DNA of 64,000 bases, from the NCBI RefSeq assembly GCF_009834535.1, contig NC_045696.1, positions 91,948,001-92,012,000 of the forward strand. The letters are read 5' to 3'. Origin of the DNA: Camelus ferus. Taxonomy: Eukaryota. Positions 37,331 to 49,540 of the stretch are shown piece by piece. Both the position numbers and the translations under genes were made by a program. The stretch's first letter is position 1. Every line of letters begins with the position of its first letter. The notes under the pieces are model-generated. The model was not told where the DNA came from. It searched no databases and saw nothing but the letters and a program-made list of their open reading frames with translations.

Positions 37331-39429
37331 TAGGGAAAGTCTGCATGAAAGAGGAGATGGGCCTGAGTTGAACCTTGAAAGTTGGGTAGCTTAACAATAG
37401 GCAGACAGGAAAATACATTTCCCGATTGGAAGGCTATGTAAATGGAGACATACCCATATAGAATTTATATACATCTGTGCAAAATCTACAGAAGCGCATA
37501 TCGAGATGGAAAAAGGCTTGCATTATGGAATTCTGTCACCGATGTGTTTCTTGTTCTTATTCTAGAATAAATGATGCCCATATCAGATTATCTGGGTGAT
37601 TAGCACAATGGGTTTGACCTGAAAGTCAGAAGCCTACAGCTCAGCTGTTCCCTGAAGCCCGCTGATTTAGTTAGTCCGTGTGCTCTGTCCAACCCAGGAA
37701 GGGAGCCAGCTGCCCTTCCACCCAACCAAGCAGTGCTCAGTGTTTGGGTGGAAAGGAAGATGCAGTCCAGCTGTCCCCAAAACACAAAGAAAAGCAAGGT
37801 TTTTTCCCCTCCTTCTTCAGTGAAATAAACCTGAGCTTCTGGTAGGAGAGTCTGTCTTGAATCAGAAATGGTTTAACCAAATCACAACAGGAAACAGGTC
37901 TGGTTACAGCCCAGCTTGCTCCGGGCCCTAATGGGTGAACAGAGCATCTCATCCCTACTTCCTGCAACTCTGGGTCTAGCAGGTAGTTGCCTGAAGGGGC
38001 CTTGGCAAAGGGTGCTGGGCTTGGCCTTCAGGATATCTGCTGTCAGAACTGCCTAAAGAAGAATGAGTATTTGCCAAGGAAGGAGCAAGAATCCAATAAT
38101 TGGGAACCCTGTCTTTAAATGTAGTTAATTTCTATTTAATTAGCCAGTAACTACATTTAAAATAAACAACAGTTGGTAATCAAAAACAGGAGGATAAAGG
38201 ATGAGCAACTGTGTAATAGGATAGAATTACTAGGCCAAAACAAAACTGGGGGAAAGTGAGAGGCATGTTGCTTCAGAGAAAATAGGGTTGGGAGAGGAGG
38301 GCTTGTTGACAAGCAGCTGTGGGCCTCGTGGAGCTCATAAAGATTTAGATCAGCTCTTACTTGTGTTGTCAGCCATCAGTAAAACTTATTTTAATCACCA
38401 AGTGGTCTTTAACTATAAAGCATTTGTTCCTTTATTACGTAAAAATTAAGAGCACATGTAAAGGGTAATTTTAAAACTGTCACATGGAATAAGAGTTTGG
38501 CACATCCTGGTACATCCTTGGTGACAGAGGTACAGCTTGGACCGGTTTCCAGAAAACTCCTCAGCTCTCAGGGCACTTGCTGACCTCCTGGCTGCTGGTG
38601 GTGTGGGTTTGCAGGCCACCAGGGCTGCTCCCCTCAGGGGAAGAATGTGGAATCCAAAGAGCTGGGGCGAGGTGCCTCCCTCTGCCAACCCATCCCCTGA
38701 GTTTGTAATCCCTGCCTTTCAGCACCACCCAAGATGTACTGATGGGTCTTGTAAAGACTCATTCCTGGGGAGATGAGGGGAGGCAGAGAGAGAGAGACAT
38801 GGGAAATGAGGAAGGGAAGGGGAAGTTGGAGAGGGGAAGAGATGAGAAGATGAGAAGAGCTTGAATCAGGGTCCCAGGTTGTGAGCAAGCTTAAAAAATG
38901 AGTTTCTTTTGGGCATTTTCTAATTAAACTTTAAACCCAAACCCCTGTCCTACCTCTCTCTAGAATGAAGATGTCTCCCTCCTAGGTAGCATGAAATGAC
39001 TTCTTTCTCCTTCATTAGAAATTGGCATTGATCTTCTTTAGAGATAAAAATTGCATTCCTGCCTCACTTCTATTTGATTCATTTGGAACCAGTGCATTTT
39101 CATCAGAGCAACTAAAAAGCCCTGTGAGAATCAGTTCAGAAGAAGGAATGTGCATGAGGGTCACGGTAAGTAGCACTTCTCATCAGACCTGCTGCCCGGG
39201 GATGTTAAAGTGCTTTTTAAAATGAGGACTAATAAGGCCACTCAGCTTTTACTGTTTTCTAAGAGCCTCAGCTAAATTAATCATGGCACAAAATAACCCT
39301 TACTGTAAGGTAAAATAATGATTCCCGGTATTTTGAAAGCAATCACTGATCCACAAAGAGGGAGGTAATGTCTCCCTGAACCAAGATGAAAACTCCACTC
39401 CCTTCCTGTCATCAAAGGCCAGCCTGTTC

Positions 39430-40430
39430 ACATCGGAGCGGGGCCATGGGAGAGCCAGGCGCTTGGTGGGTCCGAGCTGCCGCAGCCACAGGAATGGGAG
39501 GCCAGGCACGGCTGAGGCTGTGGGAACGCAGGCTCCGGGTGGGGGGCTGTTGAGGTTTTGTTTACTAATTACATATTCTCCCTGTAAGTGGTCAGGCATC
39601 AGCCGGGCTTCCTGCTCAGACACTCAGCCCAGCCCAAGCCTCCCCAGGAAGGGCCGGCTGCACCCGCCGGGCCACCCACACACTGGCACGTCTGTGCACA
39701 TGGCTGCCAGCCCCTCTCCTGCATTAGCTACGGCGTGGATTCCTGGTCACATCTGCACAGCCAGAGTGAAAGCCTGTAATTTCCATAGAATCCAGCTCTT
39801 TGAGTCAGAGCTGCAGATAAGTGTTTGTTTTATTTTTCTTTTCAAGGTGATTACACATCATTTGGTTGTGGGGAAGCCGGGGCTATCACGGAGGGAAGAG
39901 GCTGGGTGAATTATTTAAAAAGTCTGCCGCGGAGGCCCTGAGAACCGCTGTGGAGGAGGCTGGCGTGCCTCCCTCCTCTGGGGGCCTCTCCGAGGAGAAG
40001 TGGAGGGGACCCCACAAGGCTTGCTGGAAGACAGTTTAATTCTGAAACGAAAGGAGCACTTCACCTCCCGGGTGCTGGATGGGGAATTGCAAAACAGGAC
40101 ACAGTCAAAATAGTCATTAAGGCCAAACCGGAGTCAGCCCCAAGCCAGGCGCGCGTTCCCAGGAACCTGCTGGGCTGTGGTGTTTGCATACATCAGTCTC
40201 TGCTCTCCATTGTCTCCCAAAGGAAGAGCTTGTTCCATTCCATTAAAGACGCCTGAATATTTTATTGACTCAAAACTAGGGGACTGATCCTGATGGTAAA
40301 CAAGTTTGGAGTGCTGTTTTTGAGTTGTGTTTATGTTTTATACATGGAATGATTTTAAGTAATTTTTTAATTCAAAACACTCCAAAAATTCCGCAACTTG
40401 AGGGGACGACTACGAAAGTTGCAGAGCTGT
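39430..40430. promoter_or_regulatory. candidate enhancer (CpG-retaining; AP-1, FOX and GATA motifs)
   Basis: About 20 CpGs in 39430-39960; TGTTTAC 39559, TGAGTCA 39801, AGATAAG 39815, TGACTCA 40266, GTAAACA 40296; no recognisable repeat. Confidence 0.4.
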
Positions 40431-41049
40431 GTTTGGACCCTTTCAAGATGACTTCAGGGACTTAGATGGTGAGAAATGAGAAGGGACAGCTTTTATTAAC
40501 GAAAACATTTTATATGCAGCTGAATACAGAGATCAAAACCAAGGGCAGGCATTCCAAATTCGTATTGTGAAGCGCCTACAAAAAGATTCTTCCATCAGCT
40601 TTCACAATGTGGAGAGTTCATCTTTTCATCTCCATCAAGTGAAAATATGCTCCAATTCCCGAGTAGGTTTTCAGTTCGGACAAGGGAGTGGGGGGAGGTG
40701 TCCTTGGGCAGACACTCTGCAGACTCATCTCATCAAAGATCCCCGTGGTCTAGGCCAGCGAGGACAAGGGTGCCCTCTGCCTGGCTGCGGCTTGGCAGGG
40801 ATCAGCTTTCACAGATGCAGCCGGAGAACAAAGGGCAGGCTTCATCTGCCCGCGCCCCGCAGGCCCCTGTGCAGGGGGAGCGCCATTCCAGTGCCCATCA
40901 CATGGCCTCTGTGGCATAAAAGCCTTTTAATAATTCTGATTTTGAATATCAAATTGAAATGAAAAGTGCGTTTGGGAAGGATGGGCCCTGTCCACACTGA
41001 AGCGTGTGTTCTATGCAAACAGGTGAGGCAGGCGCTGGCTCTTGTAGAG

Positions 41050-41222
41050 CTGCGGTTCTCCACTTGGCCGCGCATGGCATCACCTGCTTTAACGTGGACT
41101 GATGCCTCCCTGCCCCACTCCCACCCCCCAACAGTGATCTAACTGACCCAGGGTGTGACCTGGGCAGCGGGATCTTTTAAAGCTCTCCAAGTGATTCTAA
41201 TGAGCAAACTTGAGAACAGCTA
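41050..41222 (+). mobile_element. MER5-like hAT-Charlie MITE
   Basis: gcggttctc...gggatcttttaaagctctccaagtgattctaatgagcaaacttgagaacagct. Confidence 0.65.
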
Positions 41223-41239
41223 CAGAATGATTTAAGACA

Positions 41240-41670
41240 GCATTTAAGGCCTCTCCATAACCTAGCCCCAGCCGAGCTTTCTGACCTGTTCTTTCTCCAC
41301 CCGCACCGTAGCCTGTACGGAAGGCACAGAGACCTTCTCGATGTGCCCGAGTGTACTTTGCTCATTCGTATTTTCACGCTTTCATGCATCCATATTGTCT
41401 CACTCTGGGCACCCAGGAAAGCCCAGCTCAAATGTCCTTCTCTGTGCAGCCTTCCCTACCTGTCTCCTCTGGCTTCACCAGTGAGTCACTCCTTGCCCCT
41501 CAATCATGGTACAGAGCCATATTAGAGCATTTCTCACAATAACAACATCTGCTTATACGTCCATCTGCCTGCTCTCCCTCTCCAGCAGAATGTGGACTGT
41601 AGTTTCAGCAATAAGCACCAGGTTTGGCTGGGTAGAAGTTTCTACAAATGTTTGTTGGATGAATGAATGC
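41240..41670 (+). mobile_element. L2 3' end
   Basis: cccagctcaaatgtccttctctgtgcagccttcc...acaaatgtttgttggatgaatgaatg tail. Confidence 0.8.
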
Positions 41671-41677
41671 CAATCTT

Positions 41678-43087
41678 CTTTTTAATTTATTGAAATATAG
41701 TTGATTTACAATGTCGTGTTAGTTTCTGGCGTACAGCATAGCGATTAGTTATAACATATATTTTTTCAGATTCTTTTCCATTATTAGTTTATAACAAGTT
41801 ACTAAATGTAGTTCCCTGTGCAATACAGTAGGACCTTGTTGTTTATCTATTTTGTACATAGTAGTTTGTATCTATTAATCCCAAACTCCTAATTTATCCC
41901 TCCTCATCCCCACTCTTCCCGTTTGGTAACCCTAAGTTTGTTTTCTAAGTCTGTGAGTTTGTTTCTGTCTTGTAAATAAGTTTATTTGTATCATTTTCTA
42001 GATTCCACAAGTAAGTGATATCATATAATTTTTGTCTTTCTCTGTCTGACTTACTTCACTTAGTATGATAATCGCTAGGTCTATCCATGGTGCTGCAAAT
42101 GGCGTTATTTCATTCTTTTTTATGGCTGAGTAGTATTCCATTGTATAAATGTACCACAACTTTATCTAGTCATCTGTCAGTGGACATTTAGGTTGCTTCC
42201 ATGTCTTAGCTGTTGTAAATAGTGCTGCTGTGAACATTGGGGTGTATGTATCTTTTCACATTGGAATTTTTTCCAAATATATGTCCAGGAGTGGGGTTGC
42301 TAGATTATATGGTAAGTCTATTTTTAGTTTTTTAAGGAGCCTCAGTACTGTTTTCTATAATGGCTGCTACCTGTTTACATTCCTACCAGCAGTGTAGGAC
42401 GCTTCCCTTTTCTCCATACACTCTCTAGCATTTATTACTTGTAGATTTTTTGATGATGGCCATTCCAACTGGTGTGAGGTGATACCTCATTGTAGTTTTG
42501 CTTTACATTTCTCTAATAATGATGTTGAGCACCTTTTCATGTGCCTGTTGGCCATCTGTATGTCTTCTTTGGAGAAATGTCTGTTTAGGTCTTCTGCCCA
42601 TTTTTTGATTGGGTTGTTTGGTTTTTTGTTATTGAGTTGTATGAGCTGTTTGTATATTTTAGAAATTAAGCCTTCGTTGGTTGCATCATTTGCAAATATT
42701 TCTCCCAGTTCCTTAGTTGTCTTTTCATTTTGTTTATGATTTCCTTTGCTGTGCAAAGCTTATAAGTTTGATTAGGTCCCATTTGTTTATTTTAGCTTCT
42801 ATTTCTATTGCCTTGGGAGACTGACCTGAGAAAATAGTGTTGCAATTTATGTCAGAGAATATGTTGCCTGTGTTCTCTTCTAGGAGTTTTATGGTGTCAT
42901 GTCTTATATTTAAGTCTTTAAGCCATTTTGAGTTTATTTTGTGTTTTGTGAAGGAGTGTTCTAATTTCATTGATTTACATGCAGCTGTCCAGCCTTCCCA
43001 GCACCACTTGCTGAAGGGACTGTCTTTTCTCCATTGTATATTCTTGCCTTCTTTGTCGAAGATTAACTGACCACAGGTGTGTGGGCT
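41678..43087 (-). mobile_element. 5'-truncated cetartiodactyl/camelid L1 (ORF2 C-terminus and 3' UTR), frameshifted
   Basis: ORF2 peptides CGQLIFDKEGKNIQWRKDS...KWCWE and [61 protein letters not shown] tgaatgccaatctt (41664-41677) / tgaatgccagtctt (43088-43101). Confidence 0.95.
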
Positions 43088-43124
43088 TGAATGCCAGTCT
43101 TGATATTGTTGATGTTCTATCACA

Positions 43125-43392
43125 TTGTACCCAATTCTTAGACCAGGATCACCTGGGAGACTGAGTCAGTAATTTGGGGGTTAGATAGCTTTATCTTTGC
43201 TAATCAAAGTGGGGTTCATAGGCCAGTAGTTGGCTACATTATCTGAGAGCTTGTTACAAAAGTAGAATTTGCATTTTAACAAGATCCCAGGGCAATTCAT
43301 ATGCACAGTACTGTTTGAGTTATATTTTTTTAAACAAGCTCCCAGATGATTTCTATGTAGCCAGTCTGCCAACTGGCACTGGGACCTGCTGT
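43125..43392. mobile_element. MER5A/B-like fragments
   Basis: gaatttgcattttaacaagatcccagggcaattcatatgcac...tttgag and aaacaagctcccagatgatttctatg. Confidence 0.6.
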
Positions 43393-43413
43393 TCTAGTCT
43401 CCCATTTACTGAA

Positions 43414-43971
43414 TGTAGTAGACCCCGTGTGATCACCTGCTGGTTCCTTCTATTCTCCCTTTTCCCTACCTAACAAAGCCCTGATTTTGTTCAGTTATCA
43501 GCCCTTTACCTGTCAGGACTGGGCCTCAGGGAAGCTTGGCTCCCACCTCCAGCCCAAGAAGTGGGCCTAATTGGTCAAAGGCACAGCCTATCCTTCTGGC
43601 TAGGACTGGTTCAGGAAAGGACATGGGGCCAAATTTAGGTCAATGAAATATAAGGGTAAGTATACTGGTGGCAATCTAGAAAAAGTTTCCTCTTTCCTAA
43701 GAGAAAGCCATAAATGGGGGAAAAAATGTCTCCTCTTCAGGACATTATCCTGCCTGAATGTGATGCCTTGATGTTGCTACCATGCCACCTGCCTAAAGAG
43801 GAAGAGTCAGTTCTGAGGGATCGGAGCAGAAAGGTGGGGAGGACCTGGGCCCATGACATTGCTGTGCTCTTCTGTGTCTGGACCTCTCTTATGGAAGGTA
43901 AGTTTTTTATTTTTGTTTTTACCATTTAAGCCATATCTAATGCTTGCAACCCAAAGCACTCACTGATATAC
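43414..43971 (+). mobile_element. MaLR solo LTR (MLT1K-like)
   Basis: tgtagtagac...cctaacaaagccctgattttgttcag...ttgcaacccaaagcactcactgatata. Confidence 0.8.
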
Positions 43972-44024
43972 TGAATACCTTACTATATTCATTTAATCAA
44001 TAAATATTTCAGCATTGTGCTAAG

Positions 44025-44212
44025 ACATTTATCCCTAATCCTCAGGCAATCTGTAAGTTGGGTATCATTATTCCCATCTTATAGATGAGGAAGCAAACTT
44101 GAAGCAATTAAGTGATTCATTAAGTCAAATACCTAGTGAGTGCTAAAGCCAGAATTTGAACCCATGTCTGTCTGCCTCCCAAGCACATGGGCTTTCCACT
44201 CTACCACGCTTC
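44025..44212 (-). mobile_element. MIR
   Basis: tatcattattcccatcttatagatgaggaagcaaac...agccagaatttgaacccatgtctgtctgcctcccaagc. Confidence 0.85.
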
Positions 44213-44251
44213 CTAGTGTGAGTAGCTTTATTGTCTGAGGTTTCAGTAGGT

Positions 44252-45689
44252 CAGTAGTTCTCAACTTTTTAGACTCAGGATCCCTTTATATTCTTAAAAA
44301 TGATTGAGAATTTTAAAGGATTTTCATTTATTTAGGCTCTATCTCCTGATATTTTACATATTAAAAATGAAAACTGAGAAATTTAAGATTTTTGAAAATT
44401 CATTGAAAAATACATTGATTAACTTCTCTAATACTAATGTAAGTAATATATTTTTGTGAAAAATAATTAGATTGTCTAAGACTAAATGAAATAGTGAGAA
44501 GAGTGACATTGTTTTATATTTTTGCAAATCTCTTTAACACCTGGCTTACTAGAAGACAGCTGGATTCTGTCTGCTTCTGCATTCAATCTGTTGTGATGTA
44601 TTCTTTTGGTTGAAGTATACAGAGAAAATCTGACTTCACATAGATATGTCATTAGAAAAGAGGGGAGTATTTTATGAGCCTTTTCAGATATTGTGTATAT
44701 TCGATGATAGTATACCAAAACTGCGCAAGGGTGACTTCTTAAAGGTTAGATGCAATGTGGAACTTGAAACAGAATGAGTGAAATTTTCATCTCTCTTGCA
44801 TTAAAATCCATTGGTCTGCCTTGTACTTTGAAGTGATTTTTTTAACCCATGCATAATTTTTGACATTAGGCATTGGTCATTTGGAAAATGTTGATTCACT
44901 GAGTTATGCAGATCTTCCAAATGTTGACGTACTATACTATACAGCATCAAAAATTGCATTTGTCAACAACACCACTGTTATCATCAATAAAGTGTTTAAA
45001 TATTGGTAAGCTGTGAAGATGATGGTGACTGATACAAGTTTTCCAAAATTCTAATCTTTGTTTGAAGGCTCAGTTTTCAACCATTGGCAACAAAATACTG
45101 TCAATTATTTTCTTTGAAGGGATAGGCTTACTTGTTTAGTTTTGAAAAAATATTTGCTAAACAGCCAAGTCTGAATAACTTTAATTTGTTTTTCCATCAT
45201 TCTTTCAAGTAAAAGTAGTATTTCTTGACAAAGGCAGCTAGTTTAGCTTGTAGCTCAATCACACAAGTGCTTTTCCTTGAGACAAACATGGTACTTCAAT
45301 TTGCCACAGATTTTCTTTATGCATATTTCCCGTTTCTTTACACAGAATGTTAAAAAGATACAAACTAGAGGTCAAGATTTAATACAATGAATAATGTTAA
45401 GGGCTTTGTCAAGAACGTTCTTAAATGAAGCAGGCAGGGTTTTTGGTAGCTGGAGTGTGTGGCAGTGAGGAGGACCGTGACTGGTGCAGCTGGGTGTTTC
45501 TGCCTGGGCTTGTGCTGAGGCACCACTGGTTTTCTGCACCATGGCTTCTTCATCATCAGTGCAAATGTCAACACTGTGAAAAAGGTAAATGGCATCCTAA
45601 TATTATCCTGAAAATAGTTTGACCTCATGGCCCACCTGAAATGGTTTTGGACTCCCCCAAGGGTCCACAGACCACTTGGAGAACAGCCA
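44252..45689 (-). mobile_element. full-length Charlie1a-like hAT DNA transposon (non-autonomous, decayed transposase)
   Basis: TIR-like ends cagtagttctcaa / tggagaacagcca; 8-bp TSD cagtaggt (44244-44251) / cactaggt (45690-45697); hAT dimerisation-domain remnant ISEKAHKILPSFLMTYLCEVRFSLYTSTK...NRLNAEAD (ORF 44482-44718). Confidence 0.92.
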
Positions 45690-48308
45690 CACTAGGTGAT
45701 AATTTGGTAAATGAAACCTCTTAGAAGTTCTGGATACAAAGTGATTATGGCAAGGGCCTGGAAGAGACTGAGTGCTGTGTCACGTCGTGGTCTGGCCCCT
45801 GCATTTGGTTCAAGCTTCACTGTTGACCCAGTGGCTGCCATCACACAGGGCCATTAACAGAGGAGTCTTAGGAGTATCCAGGTGTTGAGGTGTTTGTGAG
45901 GCCTTGGCTGGAGGGCGCAGGAAATTGGCTTACCCAGTCCATGTGCTGCCAACTATAGACACACTCACAGCACTGCGAATCCACAACTAACTTCTTTGTT
46001 TCCCAATTCAGCCTGTTAGGCAATTTAACTTGTACTCTGCTCAGAAACGCACTATTCAATGTGATCTGTTTTCTGTTGATAATTCTTAAAATACTCCTAC
46101 TAGTGAGGAGTTGTCTAAGCCTTTCTCTTGGGATAAAATGTCTATCGTGCTGAATAACTGTGAAATAATGGAGGTTTTGTGTCTCTCTGAGGGGCATTAA
46201 GACCCCCTCTCTCAGGCAGCCTCCCGCTCCTCCCCCCACCCCCTCCATAGCTTGCCAGAAGCAGGCATCTTGGCAACACAAAGCACCAACTCTGAGGACA
46301 TCTCACTGAGCCAGACCCTGTTTCCAGGAAAGAACACCCATGTTCGTGAGCCAGGACTAATGCTCTAAGGGCTGGGGTTTTCCTTTCTCTTTCTAGAGAG
46401 AGAAGGATGACAACGGTTTGCTTGAACTCTGCAGTGGGAAGAGCCACCCAGAAATTCCAGCCTGCCAGACATTTCCACACTGGAGATGCTGTCCCTTGAC
46501 TCATGCAGACACTGAGGAATTTGCCCTGGCACCATCTGAAGGGTTAAAAAGGGATGCTGTTCCTTGTTAGCTGGGATGCTTGGGGCTGACTCAAACTGCA
46601 GAAAGGCCAGTCACGCTACTGGCCTGCTATCTTTACCGAACGGATTTCTTAAAGTGCAGAAACAAGACAGACAACCCAAAAAGTTGACCTGAATTTGGTA
46701 GAATGGTCATTTCTGCCTTGCTGCTGCACTGCTGTGGGAAAAAAAAAAATCGTGATCTGAATATGGCAGGGAAAGAAGCTCCCAGATCATCAGAGGAATG
46801 GCTGACTTTTAGCAAATTTTTCCTAATATTTGACCTAAAATATTCTTTCCTTGAGGGCCTCTTAGGTGTTATTTTTTTGTTTTGTTTTGTTTTTTTTTTG
46901 TTTTACTTAAAAGACAACTGCATCATGCATTCCTACACTCACTTCTGTGCTAGGAATACAAGGACTGTAATCATCTCCTGGGCTCTGAGTCTCTAAATCT
47001 TCCTGGGGAATCCACCTAACTTCCATGCAAGAGGACAGCCCAAGCCTTGGAAGGGAGGGAGTAGGAAGCAGGGCTATAAACATATTTGGGGCAATGATTT
47101 CCCAGATCTGGATCAAGTCGGTTTTATCTGTCTGACATGTCTGACCTTTGTGTGCTTTTGAGTTTGGGAACAAACAGTATTCCGAGCCATCTGCCCCCCA
47201 CCTCCCCCCACCGCCTCTGCCCCTTTTCCGTTGAGCTGTGCTCGGTACTTTAGCTCTTATTGCTGTGTTGGCAGAGTGCTTTCTGCCCCCGGCCCCCCAC
47301 CCTCAAAGCACAGTCCTGGTACGTTATTTCTGTGTTGAACTGCAAGGAGACATGAACCAATCAGTTGGGGGAATTTGTGTTGTAGTTCTACCACTAAATG
47401 ATCATAGATAGTGGAAAACTCATGTCCCTGTCCCAGGCGTCACCTGTAAACTGGGGACTGAGAGAAAGCTAAATTTCCAGTAGTTCATAAACCTGGAGAC
47501 CAAAAACACATCTTCTGCAAAACTCCTTTTCTACCATCTCCTTCTATTGGTTATTTTAAGGCAGCAGAGTCTCCCCTGTGCTAAGACAAACTTTGGGGAC
47601 TGCTGGACTTGGGTTCTAGATTCTTTTCAATCCTAGCATTTGTTTTCTCTCTCTCTCTCTCTCCCCGAGTACCGAGTTTTCCCCGTCACCCCTTGCCAGC
47701 TTGTGCATAATGTGCCTTCAAGGTGGTCCACGTGGCTTCAGGGTACTTCCTATCTCTCCAGGCTGTAGTCTGGACCTTCCATGGCCTAAATTAAGAGATG
47801 AGCAATTTGGTGATTTTTAAAGTATCTTTTTTATTTAAAAGATTGAAATGGGGGCTCACAGAAGTCAGGTGGTGGCAAGCATTCCCAGGATGGGTCAAAG
47901 GACTGAGACTGGGCAAAAAAGTGAGGCGAAGCCCCACATTCCTCAGGTGCCACAACACAGTAGCCACACAAAAACATTTCTGGAAAGAGAAGATTCCTAC
48001 CAGTTTCCAGGGGAGCAAACAGCCCAGGAGAGCTGCCTGGAGCTCCCCCACCCCCGTCCCCAGCAAAGGCACCAAGGACTCAGCTTCCTACTCCTGTGAC
48101 CAAGAATGACCAGCTCAAACCCACACTGTTGGCCTGAATATTTGAGACTGTGGAGCAGCCAGGGTGCATAAATATTTACTCTCTGGAGGTGTTGTATTGG
48201 TGCCAGTATGGCCAAGGCCAAAAGTGCAGTTCCTAAATCCCCTGATCCTGTTGTAGGGCACACACTACAGATTAAAATAAAAGAAAAGAAGTACGAAAAT
48301 AAACAACG

Positions 48309-48332
48309 GAGAGAGAGAGAGAGAGAGAGAGA
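48309..48332. repeat. (GA)n microsatellite
   Basis: gagagagagagagagagagagaga. Confidence 0.9.
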
Positions 48333-48581
48333 TCCAGCTGGCTATGCATCTGTAGAAAAAAGAGGGAAATCGGGGTGGTTTTAGGGGAAAGAAAGACAAC
48401 CAAATAGGAAAAGAATTCAAGGACACACAGATGAGGTGCTAATAATACACATGAAAAAAAAGCATGAAAGAAGATCTGTTCATATAGAAGGTAAGCACTG
48501 AGAGGGGATGTGGCTTGATTACCCCTTGTTTGTTTACTCCAGGAGGCTACTAAGGCTTCTCATTTAAAACAGAAGCATTAG

Positions 48582-48706
48582 GGGGAGGAGGGTATGGCTC
48601 AGTGGTAGCGTGTGTGCTTAGCATGCACAAGGTCCTGGGTTCAATCCCCAGTACCTCCATTAAATAAATAAACCTAATTACCCCCCCCCCAAAAAAAAAA
48701 CAAAAT
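48582..48706 (+). mobile_element. vic-1-like SINE
   Basis: gagggtatggctcagtggtagcgtgtgtgcttagcatgcacaaggtcctgggttcaatccccagtacctcca...aaacctaattaccccc-A tail. TSD aaaacagaagcattag (48566-48581) / aaaagagaatcattag (48707-48722). Confidence 0.93.
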
Positions 48707-48944
48707 AAAAGAGAATCATTAGCAGTGTGATTTTCATCAATGCTGAAACAACATTAAAAATTGAGACAAAATTCTGATCACATTTACTTATATATTTCCT
48801 TAGGCCACTATAAAAAGAGTCAAGACACTTCCAGTTTGTATACTTACCAATCTACACCTAGCACAAGAGAACTTAAAATGATAACATTGGTCAAGGAGTT
48901 GGCATCAAGAACTCAAGGAAAAACTCTTAGCCAGTCAGAAAGTT

Positions 48945-49120
48945 AACAGTGGCATAAGTGCTTAAATATTTGGGACAGCCTGATGACTTAAAATCTTGGG
49001 TCAGTCGGGTGCTATATAACCTGGGAGAGATTTTCCTGAGTTTCCAATGCCTCAGTTGTTCTCATAAATAAAATGGGACCATACAGTTGTGTCTCTGTTG
49101 TGAGAATATGAACAATATAA
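48945..49120 (+). mobile_element. MIR fragment
   Basis: tgcctcagttgttctcataaataaaatggg...tgttgtgagaat. Confidence 0.55.
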
Positions 49121-49414
49121 AACACCACCATAATTCTAATGAAAATGTAACCTTGAGTGCAGTGAGTGAAACCTTCTCATCTTTAAGAACCAACAGAATA
49201 TTGTTTTTAGAAAAAAAAAAGTCTTCCGAAAGTTAGCCAAACCACAAGAAAAAAACAGTTGAAAGAGAAAAAAACTGGCTTACTCCGCTTTCAGCTTTGT
49301 ATCCCCTTTTTAATAAAGAGACAAGGCAATCAGGCTTTATATCTTTTACCTAAGAATTCATTTGGGATGATCTCCCTATACATTATAAGTACGTTTCAAA
49401 ACGCTGTGAGTTTA

Positions 49415-49540
49415 AAGAAACCACATTTCCTTTACGGGGTATGTGGCTTATAGAAATCATTCCTATTACCTGTCACAGGAATGTTTAGCCTATTTAAATG
49501 CCGCAGGTGTGTGAGAACAGATGGTACTGAGAACAGGGAC
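49415..49540. promoter_or_regulatory. candidate enhancer module (TEAD pair, E-boxes, GRE/ARE-like, RUNX)
   Basis: AACCACA 49419, CATTCCT 49458 / AGGAATG 49477, CAGGTG 49504, AGAACAgatGGTACT 49514-49528, CAGATG 49518. Confidence 0.35.

Noticed and set aside
42487..43123. ORFs with strong protein similarity
   Set aside because: Frameshifted L1 ORF2 C-terminal fragments inside a TSD-bounded 5'-truncated L1; not a host gene or an active element.
44482..45628. Possible domesticated hAT transposase (ZBED/GTF2IRD2-like)
   Set aside because: Only short broken frames within an ordinary Charlie1a copy; no long ORF.
48586..48659. Apparent tRNA-Ala(AGC) gene (and similar heads at 211, 8680, 9295 and 59390)
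   Set aside because: Each is followed by the SINE tail, and four of five have TSDs. Acceptor and D stems carry mismatches, and the 59.4 kb copy has a mutated AAC anticodon. These are SINE heads, not tRNA genes.
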